This document shows, piece by piece, positions 30,003 to 39,444 of a stretch of 64,000 bases of DNA (position 1 is its first letter; each line of letters starts with the position of its first letter). Source of the stretch: Lentisphaeria bacterium. Lineage in GTDB: Bacteria > Verrucomicrobiota > Lentisphaeria > JABSQK01 > JAWLHB01. A program made the position numbers and the translations under genes. The notes beneath the pieces were generated by a model, which saw only the letters and a list, made by a program, of their open reading frames with translations, ran no database searches and was not told the DNA's origin. The stretch covers positions 76,335 to 140,334 of the forward strand of contig JAWLHB010000019.1 in the NCBI GenBank assembly GCA_041690595.1, in the 5' to 3' direction.

Positions 30003-33000
30003 CAGCTTGCAGCCTCGGCGATGGGGAGGGCCAGAACACGGGTGAGTGTGGCGAGCAGGTCGTCTTCGTTCAGCGGCTTGGTGAGGAAATCGCTGGCACC
30101 GGCCTCCAGGCATGCCTCCCGGTCCGTTGGCATGGTGCGAGCCGTGAGGGCAATAACGTGACTGTTGGCCAGACCGCCGAGGTCGCGCAGTCTGCGAATG
30201 AAGGCGAGTCCATCCATGTCGGGCATCATGATGTCGGTCACTATCACCTCTGGTCTGGGATCGTTCTGGAGAAGTTCGAGAGCCTTGGCGGCACTTTCCG
30301 CCTTCTCGACGTCGGCGCCATGCTGCCGCAGGATCCTTGCCAGCGAGAAGAGGGAGCGCATGTCGTCATCGACGATGAGGATGCGTCGATCCTGCAGTTG
30401 CCGGTCGGGCGGCTGGACTGGCGGCGTCAGGGGGGGGAGTGGAGTCTCCGTCAGAACCAGCGTTCGCTCCAGGAAGGAGTCGATCTCGTCGATGAGCCGC
30501 TCACGAGCCATGGGGCTCTTGACGATGATCGACTGCGCGTAGCGCTGGAGGCGTTGCGATTCTTCCCGGGTGAGATCGCGGGCGGTGTAGACGACGACGG
30601 CGGGGGTGCGTTCACCATAGCGGCCATGAAGCTCGGCCAGGAGTTGAAAGCCGCTCATGTCGGGGAGGGTGAGGTCGAGGACCATGCAGTCCAGGGTTTC
30701 GGCATCGAGCACCTCGAAGGCGGCCTTTCCGGTCGCTGCTTCGCGGATGGCGATGCCGTGCTGCTCGAGCAAGACCCGCAGGTCTTCCCGCTGCTCTCGC
30801 TGGTCTTCGACGATCAGGCAGGTGCGTACCGCCGTGCGCCCCGTGGACTGGATTTGCTCCAGCATGGCGTTCAGCGCCTCGCGGTTCACCGGCTTCACCA
30901 GATAGGTCACGGCCGTGCTCTGTTGCGCCATCTCCATCTCCTCGCCTACGGACATGACGTGGACCGGCAGCCCGGCAGTCACCGGATTCTCTCTGAGGCG
31001 GCGCATGGTCTCCCAGCCGTCGATGCCGGGAAGACGAATGTCGCTGATGACGGCGTCGATGTCGCCTTTCGCAGCACGCTCGAGCGCCTCTTCGCCACTG
31101 GTGCAATGAACGCTGCTCATGCCCCGCTGGCGACATTCACGCTGGAGGACGCGGGCAAAGTTGATGTCGTCCTCGATGATCAGGACGAGCGCGCTCCCTT
31201 TGTGCCTGGGTACAGCAGTCGGCTTTGGCGGGGCGGTCGTTAGGGCAGGGGGCGCCGGCAGAGGGGCCGCCGGGGGAGCGACGCGCTGGCTGGCGGCTTT
31301 CATGCTTTCGGTGGAGGGGCGGCGGGCGCTGATGGGGCCATCGCTGGGGGTCATGTCCATAGGCAGCAGCACGGTGAAGGTGGATCCCTGCCCCAGTTCG
31401 CTGGCGACATGGATTTCGCCTTGGAGCATGATGGCGATCTCGCGGCAGATGGAGAGGCCGAGGCCGGTGCCTCCGTACTTGCGCGACGTGCTTCCGTCCG
31501 CCTGCTGAAAGGCTTCGAAAATGGCATTGAACTTGTCTGGCGGAATGCCCACGCCACTGTCACTGACGGAGATGACAAGGAGCGGGCGCTGCGCCAGTTC
31601 GCTCTGCGCCAGCAACTGCTCCCCGCGGTAGGGGGAGAAGCGTAAGGTGACCTTGCCGCGCTCGGTGAACTTGATCGCGTTCGACAGCAGATTGCGCATC
31701 ACCTGCTCCAGGCGCTTGCGGTCCGTGCAGAAGCTCTCGGGCAGCCCCGGCGCCAACTCCACCTGCAACTCCAGCTTCTTCTCCGCATACAGGTGGCGGA
31801 ACTGCCGCTGCATGCTCTCCGCCAGCTCCTGACACTCTACCGACTCCAGGTACAACTCCATCCGTCCCGCCTCGATCTTCGCCAGATCCAACAGCTCGTT
31901 GATCAGCGAAAGCAGGTCGTTGCCGCTGCTGTAGATGATCGCCGCCGACTCTCTCTGTGCTTCGGATAGATTCTGCTCGACGTTCTCCGCGAGCTGCCGT
32001 GCCAACAGCAGCAGGCTGTTGAGCGGCGTCCTCAGCTCATGGGACATGTTGGCCAGGAACTCCGACTTGTAGTGGTTGGCCAGCTCGAGCTCGCTCGCCT
32101 TCTTCACCAGGGCATTGCGCGCCTGGGCCAACTCGCGATTGGTCCGGCTGACCGCTTCGGTCTGCTCCTGCAGGAAATGGGTCTTCTCTTCCAGCTCCTT
32201 GTTGGATGCTTCCAGCTCCTCCTGCTGCACCCGCAGCTCCTCTTCGCTCTCGCGCAGGCGGCGGGTCTGCTCCTGCAGCCGTTCATTGCTCGCCTTCAGC
32301 TCCTTCTGCTGCTCGGCAAGCTCGTTCGCCAGACGTTGCGACTCCGCCAGCAACGACTCCGTGCGCTGCCGTGCGCTGATGCGCACAATCACCGCCCCCA
32401 GCATGGCGATCGTCTGATCCAGCAACTCCCGGTGGAAGCCGCTGAAGCCATGCAAGGTCGCCAACTCCATGACCGCGACGATCCGCTCCTCGACGGGCAC
32501 TGGCAGGATCAGGACGCAGCCGGGGGTGGCGGCTCCAAGTCCCGAGCGGACACCCAGATAGTCGGCCGGCACCTCCCGCAGCTCGATCGGCGCCCGGTCG
32601 AGGACGCATTGTCCGACCAGCGTTTCACCGAGACTGAGCCGCCGACCGCGTTGCGCCGCGCCATCCCGGGCGTAGCTGCCGAGCATCTCCAGTTCGGTGG
32701 GAGCTTCCGTCTCCGGATCCTCATGCACCAGATAGAAGGCGCCATGGCCGGCTCCCACCAGCTTCGCCAGATCGGCAATGACTGTCTGCAGCAGCTGTTC
32801 AAGATCGTTCAGCCCCTGGGTTTCCTGGGAGAGACGCGCCACCTGTGCCTTGATTCGCGACTCCTGTTCGCTGCGCTCCTTGGCTTCGACGGCGGCCCGC
32901 AGTTGGCTCACGTCGACCAGTACGCCCACCATCCGTATGAGGGTTCCCTGCTTATCGTAGATGAGCTGACCCTCGTCATGCACGTAGGCATAGCTACCAT

Positions 33001-35302
33001 CGGCCCGGGCCAGCCGGTACTCGGAATCCCAGTATCGCTGCTGACCCCGGTGAAGCTCAGCCAAGGCCGTTTCGACCTGCTCCCGTTCACTCGGATGGAC
33101 CTGGCTGAAGAGCCAGCTTGCGCGCGCCTCCTTCATCTCCAGCCCCAGCAGGCGATCCAGTCCCGTCCACCAGCAGGTCTGCGTGACCAGGTCGAGATCG
33201 TAGACGCTGGCGACGCGCGTCACCAGCTCGAAGCGTTCCTGGGTCTGGCGCAGGGCGTCCTCGCTCGTCTGTCTGGCAAGCGCGCTGCCGATGACCTCCG
33301 CCACGATCCGCACCATGGTGATCAGTTCCACGGACCATGGCCGCGGGCCGCTGACGGTGTCGAGGCCCAGCATCCCGATCGCCCGACCGCGGCTCAGTAC
33401 CGGTACCGCCAGGATGGCCGTGATGCCGTTCGCCTTCCAGAACTGGCGATCCACGCTGGCCTCGACCGGCGCCTTGCCTGTGTCCGGCACATGCAGAAAG
33501 TCCCCGTTGAAGAGGAGGTGATGCGTGTAGGGCATCAATTCAACGGCAATATCGACCCAGCTCTCCATTCGGGAACTGGCGGCTGCCGAGCACCACTCCT
33601 GGGTCAGATGCAGATGCGTCGCTTCCTCCAGCCGCATCAGAAAGACATGATCCACCCCCACGAAGACGCCCATCGAACGCAAAGAGGTTGTCAGCGTCTC
33701 GGCGATATGCCCCGGCCGCGAGTGGATGAAGCCCGCGGAGATGGAGGCAATCAGCGACTCCACCTCTTCGCGGTACTGCACCTGCTCCTCCGCCTCCTTC
33801 CGCTCGCTGATGTCGATCAGAAAGCCGTCGTAGACACTGCTGGCGTTTTGATTGCCGCGGTCCGCGGTGCCCTGCTCGTAGACCCAGCAGTGCGTGCCGT
33901 CAGCGCGCACGATCCGATAGGTCAGCGACCAGGTCTCGCCGCTTTCAAGGCAACCACGGATGGCATTCTCCACCAGCGGACGATCCAGTTCATGAATCAA
34001 ATCACGTAACGACACCCGCCCCTCCAGGAAGGCCTCGGGTGGATACCCCGTCAGTTCCCGGCAGCCTTCGTTGATCAGCGCCAGTCGCCACTCCATGCCA
34101 TTGCGCATGTACCGGTAGGCCAAACCGGGCAGATTCCCCAGCATCGCCGAAAGCTCCGCCTCCTTGTCCGCCAGACGAAGCGCCAGGTCCGTAAAGGTCG
34201 TCGACAGAATCGCCACCTCATCGCAGCCATCCGTCTGGCGAGCGTTACCGAGACGCTGGCTGGCCACCTGCGTCACGCTCTGGTTCAGCTTCACCAGCGG
34301 CCGCGTGATAAGGCGCGAGACGTACCAGACCGAAAGGAGCGAGAAGACGATCAACGCCGCCAGGGCTACGGTCGCCCGCAGCGTGCTGGCGCGTACGCCG
34401 GCGGCAATTTGCCGCGCCTGAAGCCGTGCCACCATGGTCCATTCCACGGACGGAATTGCCACGTGCAGCAGCCACATCGGTTCGCCGCTCTGCCGATCGA
34501 CGACCTTCACAATCCCCGACTGGCTGGCGAGTAGTTGCGCCATGATGGAGTCCCGATTTGCCTCGCCACGATAGGTGGCATCGAGCTCCACCGCCGCATC
34601 AGGTTCGCCTGCCCGTTGCGGGTCCGGATGATAGACGTAGTGACCATCATGACCGACGATGAAATAGTCGTCGGCGGTCTCAGCCGGTGGGATCCATTTG
34701 CGGCCCAGCGCCTGAAGCTTCAGATCGACGCCGGCCACTCCGAGGAGCTGTGCATCGCGGAAGAAGGGCACGCTGTATGTCACCAGTTGGGTTCCGCTTG
34801 CGGCAGGATCGGCGTAAGGTGCGGTCAGCTCTGCCTGACCGCTTCTCACAGGTTTTTCCCACCATTCCCACGTCCCATCCGTATAGGCGTAGCCGCCGCT
34901 ACCGAGGTCCAGCCTGACCAGCGTGCCCTTGTCGCGGTACACATACGGTGCGCAAAGGCCCTCCACCTCCGGATGGCCATCCGGCACGAACGCTATGCCC
35001 GCGCCAAAGATCTCTGGAGCCTCGCGGACCGTGTCGCTCAAGATGTCGTGGATATCTTCCAGGCGCATCTGCGGGTTGTGGGTCATGAAGCGCGCGTTGC
35101 CATGCGCGATGCTCTGCACTTCCCGCAGGCTGGCGTCCAGCCGTCCCGCATGCTCACGAAGCGAAGCCATCAGGCGCTCCTCCGCGCGACCTGTCGCCTC
35201 CGCCTCCGTCTGCCGCAACTGGCTCACCTGCAGTGCCGTGTACAGAATGATCATGGGCAAGGCAAGGTAGAGGAGAATACGGCTGCGAATGGAAAGGCTC
35301 AT
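30002..35302 (-). CDS. Giant hybrid histidine kinase (Cache-HAMP-PAS-GAF-PAS-GAF-HisKA-HATPase-3xREC)
   Basis: Two TMs flanking a Cache-like domain (WWEKP..PYAD), HAMP (DEVAIL), FLANMSHELRTPLN, NLLSNAIKFT, GGTGLGL, three REC domains. Confidence 0.93.
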   Translation of the reverse strand: MSLSIRSRILLYLALPMIILYTALQVSQLRQTEAEATGRAEERLMASLREHAGRLDASLREVQSIAHGNARFMTHNPQMRLEDIHDILSDTVREAPEIFGAGIAFVPDGHPEVEGLCAPYVYRDKGTLVRLDLGSGGYAYTDGTWEWWEKPVRSGQAELTAPYADPAASGTQLVTYSVPFFRDAQLLGVAGVDLKLQALGRKWIPPAETADDYFIVGHDGHYVYHPDPQRAGEPDAAVELDATYRGEANRDSIMAQLLASQSGIVKVVDRQSGEPMWLLHVAIPSVEWTMVARLQARQIAAGVRASTLRATVALAALIVFSLLSVWYVSRLITRPLVKLNQSVTQVASQRLGNARQTDGCDEVAILSTTFTDLALRLADKEAELSAMLGNLPGLAYRYMRNGMEWRLALINEGCRELTGYPPEAFLEGRVSLRDLIHELDRPLVENAIRGCLESGETWSLTYRIVRADGTHCWVYEQGTADRGNQNASSVYDGFLIDISERKEAEEQVQYREEVESLIASISAGFIHSRPGHIAETLTTSLRSMGVFVGVDHVFLMRLEEATHLHLTQEWCSAAASSRMESWVDIAVELMPYTHHLLFNGDFLHVPDTGKAPVEASVDRQFWKANGITAILAVPVLSRGRAIGMLGLDTVSGPRPWSVELITMVRIVAEVIGSALARQTSEDALRQTQERFELVTRVASVYDLDLVTQTCWWTGLDRLLGLEMKEARASWLFSQVHPSEREQVETALAELHRGQQRYWDSEYRLARADGSYAYVHDEGQLIYDKQGTLIRMVGVLVDVSQLRAAVEAKERSEQESRIKAQVARLSQETQGLNDLEQLLQTVIADLAKLVGAGHGAFYLVHEDPETEAPTELEMLGSYARDGAAQRGRRLSLGETLVGQCVLDRAPIELREVPADYLGVRSGLGAATPGCVLILPVPVEERIVAVMELATLHGFSGFHRELLDQTIAMLGAVIVRISARQRTESLLAESQRLANELAEQQKELKASNERLQEQTRRLRESEEELRVQQEELEASNKELEEKTHFLQEQTEAVSRTNRELAQARNALVKKASELELANHYKSEFLANMSHELRTPLNSLLLLARQLAENVEQNLSEAQRESAAIIYSSGNDLLSLINELLDLAKIEAGRMELYLESVECQELAESMQRQFRHLYAEKKLELQVELAPGLPESFCTDRKRLEQVMRNLLSNAIKFTERGKVTLRFSPYRGEQLLAQSELAQRPLLVISVSDSGVGIPPDKFNAIFEAFQQADGSTSRKYGGTGLGLSICREIAIMLQGEIHVASELGQGSTFTVLLPMDMTPSDGPISARRPSTESMKAASQRVAPPAAPLPAPPALTTAPPKPTAVPRHKGSALVLIIEDDINFARVLQRECRQRGMSSVHCTSGEEALERAAKGDIDAVISDIRLPGIDGWETMRRLRENPVTAGLPVHVMSVGEEMEMAQQSTAVTYLVKPVNREALNAMLEQIQSTGRTAVRTCLIVEDQREQREDLRVLLEQHGIAIREAATGKAAFEVLDAETLDCMVLDLTLPDMSGFQLLAELHGRYGERTPAVVVYTARDLTREESQRLQRYAQSIIVKSPMARERLIDEIDSFLERTLVLTETPLPPLTPPVQPPDRQLQDRRILIVDDDMRSLFSLARILRQHGADVEKAESAAKALELLQNDPRPEVIVTDIMMPDMDGLAFIRRLRDLGGLANSHVIALTARTMPTDREACLEAGASDFLTKPLNEDDLLATLTRVLALPIAEAAS

Positions 35303-35411
35303 GCGAGGCTCCAGGGTTGGTCGATGCTGGTGCCGTCAACCCCGCAGCTTTCATGCCCGCGGGAGCCTCAGTCACTACCTCGGGCTGCCGCCCCTTGCCT
35401 CGACTCTGCCA

Positions 35412-36014
35412 CTATTTGCCCCCGAGACCTTCCCACTTCATCTCGGCCTGGCGCATGCTGGGATGCGAGACGATCAAGTGCCAAACGACTGCCTGGAAGG
35501 CCTCCGCATGCGGTGTCACGTTCTCCGGATTGACCGTCGGAATGACAATGCAGGTCGTGGCAGCCTTGGCCGTATAGCCGCCATCGCGGCCAACTATACC
35601 CCAGATATCCGCCCCGACCTCCTGCGCCAGCATCATCGCCTGCACCAGATTGCCGCTGATATTCTTCTCCTGATCCCCGCCGCCGACGGAGAAGACGAAG
35701 AGGCCGTCCCGTTCGGTCAGGCGACTCCCCCGCAGCCAGTTGGCATAGCTCGTCTCCCAGCCGTCGTCGTTGATACGGGCGGTCAACTCCGAGACATTGT
35801 CCGTGGGCGAATAGGATTCGATGCAGGCGATCTTGCGGAAGTCGTTCACGGCATGGCTCGCATGGCCCGCGCCGCCGCCGCTGCCGAGGAAGAAGAGCCG
35901 CCCGCCCCGATCCCGCAGCCCGACAAGCTCCCCCACCATCCTTTCGATCGCCGCGTCGTCGAGCTGCTCCATGATGCGGGCCATTTCCTGCAGGTACTGT
36001 TGCGTGAAGGTCAT
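35412..36014 (-). CDS. gmhA: SIS-domain phosphoheptose isomerase (GmhA-like)
   Basis: GSGGGAGHASHAVNDF, ELTARIND, TPHAEAFQAVVWH; heptose gene context. Confidence 0.8.
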   Translation of the reverse strand: MTFTQQYLQEMARIMEQLDDAAIERMVGELVGLRDRGGRLFFLGSGGGAGHASHAVNDFRKIACIESYSPTDNVSELTARINDDGWETSYANWLRGSRLTERDGLFVFSVGGGDQEKNISGNLVQAMMLAQEVGADIWGIVGRDGGYTAKAATTCIVIPTVNPENVTPHAEAFQAVVWHLIVSHPSMRQAEMKWEGLGGK

Positions 36015-36559
36015 GTGGAGACTCCTTGGTTGAGTTGACGCAGAAGGGGGGGGAGCTCGTCCAGCGAGTCAATCCGGTAATCGGCGCCGGCATCGCTGTT
36101 ATACTCGCGGACAAGCAGAATGGTGCGACAGCCGGCGGCAAGACCGGCCGCCATGTCCTTGGCGCTGTCACCGATAATGAAGGATTGCGCCAGATCGATG
36201 CGATGGTCACGCGCGGCCGCGATCAGCATGCCCGGCAGCGGTTTGCGGCAGTCGCACCCTTGCCGATCGTCGTGCGGACAGTGGCGGATGTCGTCCACCG
36301 GCACTTCTGCCCGAAGGTGCTCCAGCATCAGATCCAGCTCATCCTGCGTCATCAGTCCGCGGGCGATGTCCGGCTGATTGGTGACAACGATGGCCAGAAA
36401 GCCGAGCGCCTTGACCTCCCGCACCACGGTTGCCGCTTCCCCCATCAGCCGGAACTCCGCGAAAGACCGCGGCGAATAGGCCTTGCCGTCGCGGACATCG
36501 GCGGCATTGAGGACCCCGTCACGGTCGAAGAAGACGCAACGCCTGTCGTTGGAAGTCAT
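36011..36559 (-). CDS. gmhB: D,D-heptose-1,7-bisphosphate phosphatase (HAD IIIA)
   Basis: FFDRDGVLN, VVTNQ, CPH...CDCRKPLPGM, IGDS. Confidence 0.88.
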   Translation of the reverse strand: MTSNDRRCVFFDRDGVLNAADVRDGKAYSPRSFAEFRLMGEAATVVREVKALGFLAIVVTNQPDIARGLMTQDELDLMLEHLRAEVPVDDIRHCPHDDRQGCDCRKPLPGMLIAAARDHRIDLAQSFIIGDSAKDMAAGLAAGCRTILLVREYNSDAGADYRIDSLDELPPLLRQLNQGVST

Positions 36560-36560
36560 C

Positions 36561-37580
36561 CTAATTTCCTCGCCAATGCGTGCCGGGATGGCTGCCTTCG
36601 GTCAGTCGCTTCAGAAAGCCGATCGGCCAGGGAAAATGAATGCAGGGGAAGGCCGCCAGCAGATAGGGAAAGAGGGCCGGCTGCCGCGCCTTCAGCGCCA
36701 GTGACAGCGACACGACCAGATCTGTCCCCACGTAGAGGGCCAACACGCCTCCGCCCAGCCACCAGAGCCACGGCCAGACAAAACCACCGATCGCCGTCAC
36801 CACCAGACCCGCCACGAAAGCCAGCGGCACGAACTGGCGCCACGCCGTCAGCTTCCGGTACTTCAGGAAGATGTGCGCCTTCGCCCCGCCATAGATGAAA
36901 TACTGCCGGGCCAGCGCCCCGAAACTCTCCTTCGCCGGGTAACGCACCACCAGCTCATGATTCAGGTATACCCTGCCCCCTGCGTCCCGGATTCGCCGAT
37001 TCAGCCCAGAATCCTCGCTCACCACCGGCCCATCCTCATCGAAGGCACCGATGCGCGTGAATAGCTCGCGACGAAAGCAGCCGAGATAGACGGTGTCCAC
37101 AAAGCCGCTCCTGTGCCCGATGCGGAACTGCGCGTTGCCGACCCCGAAGGGATGACTCGTCGCCAGGGCGATCGCCTCTTGCTTCAGGTGCTCGCCGAAC
37201 TGCCGCTGCACGCCCCCGGCATTGTCCGCCCCCGTTCGCTCCATCGTCTCCACGCAGCCACGAAAGTACTCCTTCGGGATGATGCTGCGCGCGTCAACGC
37301 GGATGATGTAGTCGCCTCTGGCATGCTGGAGAGCGATGTTGAGGGCCGTATAGGGAAGGCGCTCCGGGTTGTCGTGAAGCTGAATCATCGGATAGCGCTC
37401 CCGATAGCTCTCGACCAGCGCCCGCGTCCCGTCACTGCTCTGCCCGTCGATCACCAGCACTTCCATCTCCTGCGTCGGAAAGTCATTGGCGAAGATGCCA
37501 TCCAGGCAGCGCTCGATATGCCGCTCCTCGTTGCGCACCGGCAGCAGAACGCTGATCCTCGGCTGCGTTGTCACGCTCAT
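36561..37580 (-). CDS. GT2 glycosyltransferase (ExoA-like)
   Basis: PVRNEE, IDGQSSDGT, RVDAR, VDTVYLG, SED, RQYFIYG; C-terminal TMs. Confidence 0.9.
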   Translation of the reverse strand: MSVTTQPRISVLLPVRNEERHIERCLDGIFANDFPTQEMEVLVIDGQSSDGTRALVESYRERYPMIQLHDNPERLPYTALNIALQHARGDYIIRVDARSIIPKEYFRGCVETMERTGADNAGGVQRQFGEHLKQEAIALATSHPFGVGNAQFRIGHRSGFVDTVYLGCFRRELFTRIGAFDEDGPVVSEDSGLNRRIRDAGGRVYLNHELVVRYPAKESFGALARQYFIYGGAKAHIFLKYRKLTAWRQFVPLAFVAGLVVTAIGGFVWPWLWWLGGGVLALYVGTDLVVSLSLALKARQPALFPYLLAAFPCIHFPWPIGFLKRLTEGSHPGTHWRGN

Positions 37581-38581
37581 GTGCCCCGCCCGCTGGTGAA
37601 GTTGACCAGCACCTTCGTCCCCTCCTGGTCGAAATTGTAGCGCATCTCCCGCAGCCCCAGCTTCAGCATCGCCTCACAAAAATGGCGGTGGTTCTTCTCC
37701 ACATAGAAGACGAAAAAGCCGCCGCCGCCCGCGCCGGAAATCTTGCCGCCAAGCGCCCCGCTCGCCAGGGCCTGCGCATAGATCTCGTCGAACCTCGAGC
37801 TGCTCATCTGCGTGGAGATGCGCTTCTTGTGCTCCCAGTGCCGGTGAAAGAGCAGCCCAACATCCGTCAGGTTGCCGCTCTCCACCGCCTCCAGCACCTG
37901 GTAGCCGATCTCCTTGATCATGTGCATGCTCTCCGCCACGCTGCTCTTCGGATCCCGGGCTCCCTTGCTCTGCTCCGCCAGGATCTTGTCAGCGCTGCGC
38001 GAGGTGTTGGTGTAGAACATCAGCAGGTTGCGGTTGAGATCGTCCTGCGTCCCAGGGTCGATCGTTGCCTGGCGAACCGCCACCTTGCCGTCGCGCGCAA
38101 TCTCCAGCACCGTCAGCCCACCGAAAGCCGCCATGTACTGATCCTGCTTCCCGATCGGCTTGCCCAGCCGTGTGATCTCCAGATCGCATGCCTGCTCCGC
38201 CAGCTCATGCAGCGATACATACTCCCGCTTCATCGTGTGCAGCGCATTCAGCAGCCCCACCGCGTACGAACTGGACGACCCCAGCCCCGTGCCCGCCGGC
38301 ACGTCCGCCATCGAAATCACCTCGATCGCCCGCTCCACGTCCATCAGCCGCAGCGCCTCGCGCGCGATGTCGTGCTGCAGCTCGTCCCGGTGCTCCACGC
38401 TCTCCGACTTCGAATACTTGACCCGCACGCAGTCGTCGACAATTGGCCGGTTGAGGTTGATGAACATGTACTTGTTGAGGGCGGCCGCGAAGATGAAGCC
38501 CCCATGCTGTTCGTAGTAGGACGGCAAATCCGTGCCGCCGCCGCCAAGTGTCACGCGAAAAGGAGTGCGGGTAATGATCAT
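37577..38581 (-). CDS. hddA: GHMP kinase, D-glycero-alpha-D-manno-heptose-7-phosphate kinase
   Basis: RTPFRVTLGGGGTD, PAGTGLGSSS, GKQDQY, GGKISGAGGGGF. Confidence 0.85.
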   Translation of the reverse strand: MIITRTPFRVTLGGGGTDLPSYYEQHGGFIFAAALNKYMFINLNRPIVDDCVRVKYSKSESVEHRDELQHDIAREALRLMDVERAIEVISMADVPAGTGLGSSSSYAVGLLNALHTMKREYVSLHELAEQACDLEITRLGKPIGKQDQYMAAFGGLTVLEIARDGKVAVRQATIDPGTQDDLNRNLLMFYTNTSRSADKILAEQSKGARDPKSSVAESMHMIKEIGYQVLEAVESGNLTDVGLLFHRHWEHKKRISTQMSSSRFDEIYAQALASGALGGKISGAGGGGFFVFYVEKNHRHFCEAMLKLGLREMRYNFDQEGTKVLVNFTSGRGT

Positions 38582-38717
38582 GCTGGGCTATCACTGCTGG
38601 TAAGAATGTCGTAGTGGATGGCTGCCAATCTGCCATTTTTCCCGGCCTCTGTCAATGGCCAATGGCTCAACTCATCCTGCATCCGCCGCCAGACCTTCCG
38701 ATTTTCGTTAGCTTCGT

Positions 38718-39425
38718 TCACGCTTCGTGCCCGCTCTTGTCTTCGCCGATCTTGCGCTCCACCACCAGCCCGTCTTCCAACCGTACGATGCGCTGCGCGT
38801 GCGCGATCACCCGGGAATCATGCGTCGAGAAGATGAAGGTGATGCCGTGATCACTGTTCAGGTTCCGCATCAGGTGCATCAGCATCTCGGCATTCTCCCC
38901 ATCCAGGTTTGCCGTTGGCTCGTCCGCCAGAACCAGGCGGGGGCGCGAGGCCACCGCACGCGCCACGGCCACTCGCTGTTGCTGCCCCCCGGAAAGCGCA
39001 TTGGGACGGCGGTCCGCAAAATCCTCCAGTCCCACCTGCGCGAGAATCTCCCGCGCCCGCCTGCGCCGCTCGCCGCCCACGCCCTGCAGCTCGAGCACAA
39101 ACTCCACATTCTCCAGGGCCGTGAGGACCGGCACCAGATTGTAGGCCTGAAAGACGAAGCCCAGCTTGTGCAGGCGCAGCTCCGCCCGCGCCCGCTTGCT
39201 CAGCCCGCCGATCTCCTCACCCAGCACCGTCAGGCTCCCGCCGGTCGGCACATCCAGCGCGCCGATCATGTTGAGCAGCGTCGTCTTCCCGCTGCCGCTC
39301 GGACCCACGATCGCCATGAACTCGCCGCTCTCCACCTTCAGGTCGATGCCCCGCAGCGCCGGCGCGTCGACATTGCCGGTATGGTAAACCTTGGTAACGC
39401 TTCTCGCTTCGACAAGTGGTGGCAT
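38718..39425 (-). CDS. ABC transporter ATP-binding protein (LolD/MacB-like)
   Basis: GPSGSGKT, LSGGQQQR, LADEPTANLD, STHD. Confidence 0.95.
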   Translation of the reverse strand: MPPLVEARSVTKVYHTGNVDAPALRGIDLKVESGEFMAIVGPSGSGKTTLLNMIGALDVPTGGSLTVLGEEIGGLSKRARAELRLHKLGFVFQAYNLVPVLTALENVEFVLELQGVGGERRRRAREILAQVGLEDFADRRPNALSGGQQQRVAVARAVASRPRLVLADEPTANLDGENAEMLMHLMRNLNSDHGITFIFSTHDSRVIAHAQRIVRLEDGLVVERKIGEDKSGHEA

Positions 39426-39444
39426 GGCAGCTTCCAGTAAGCAG

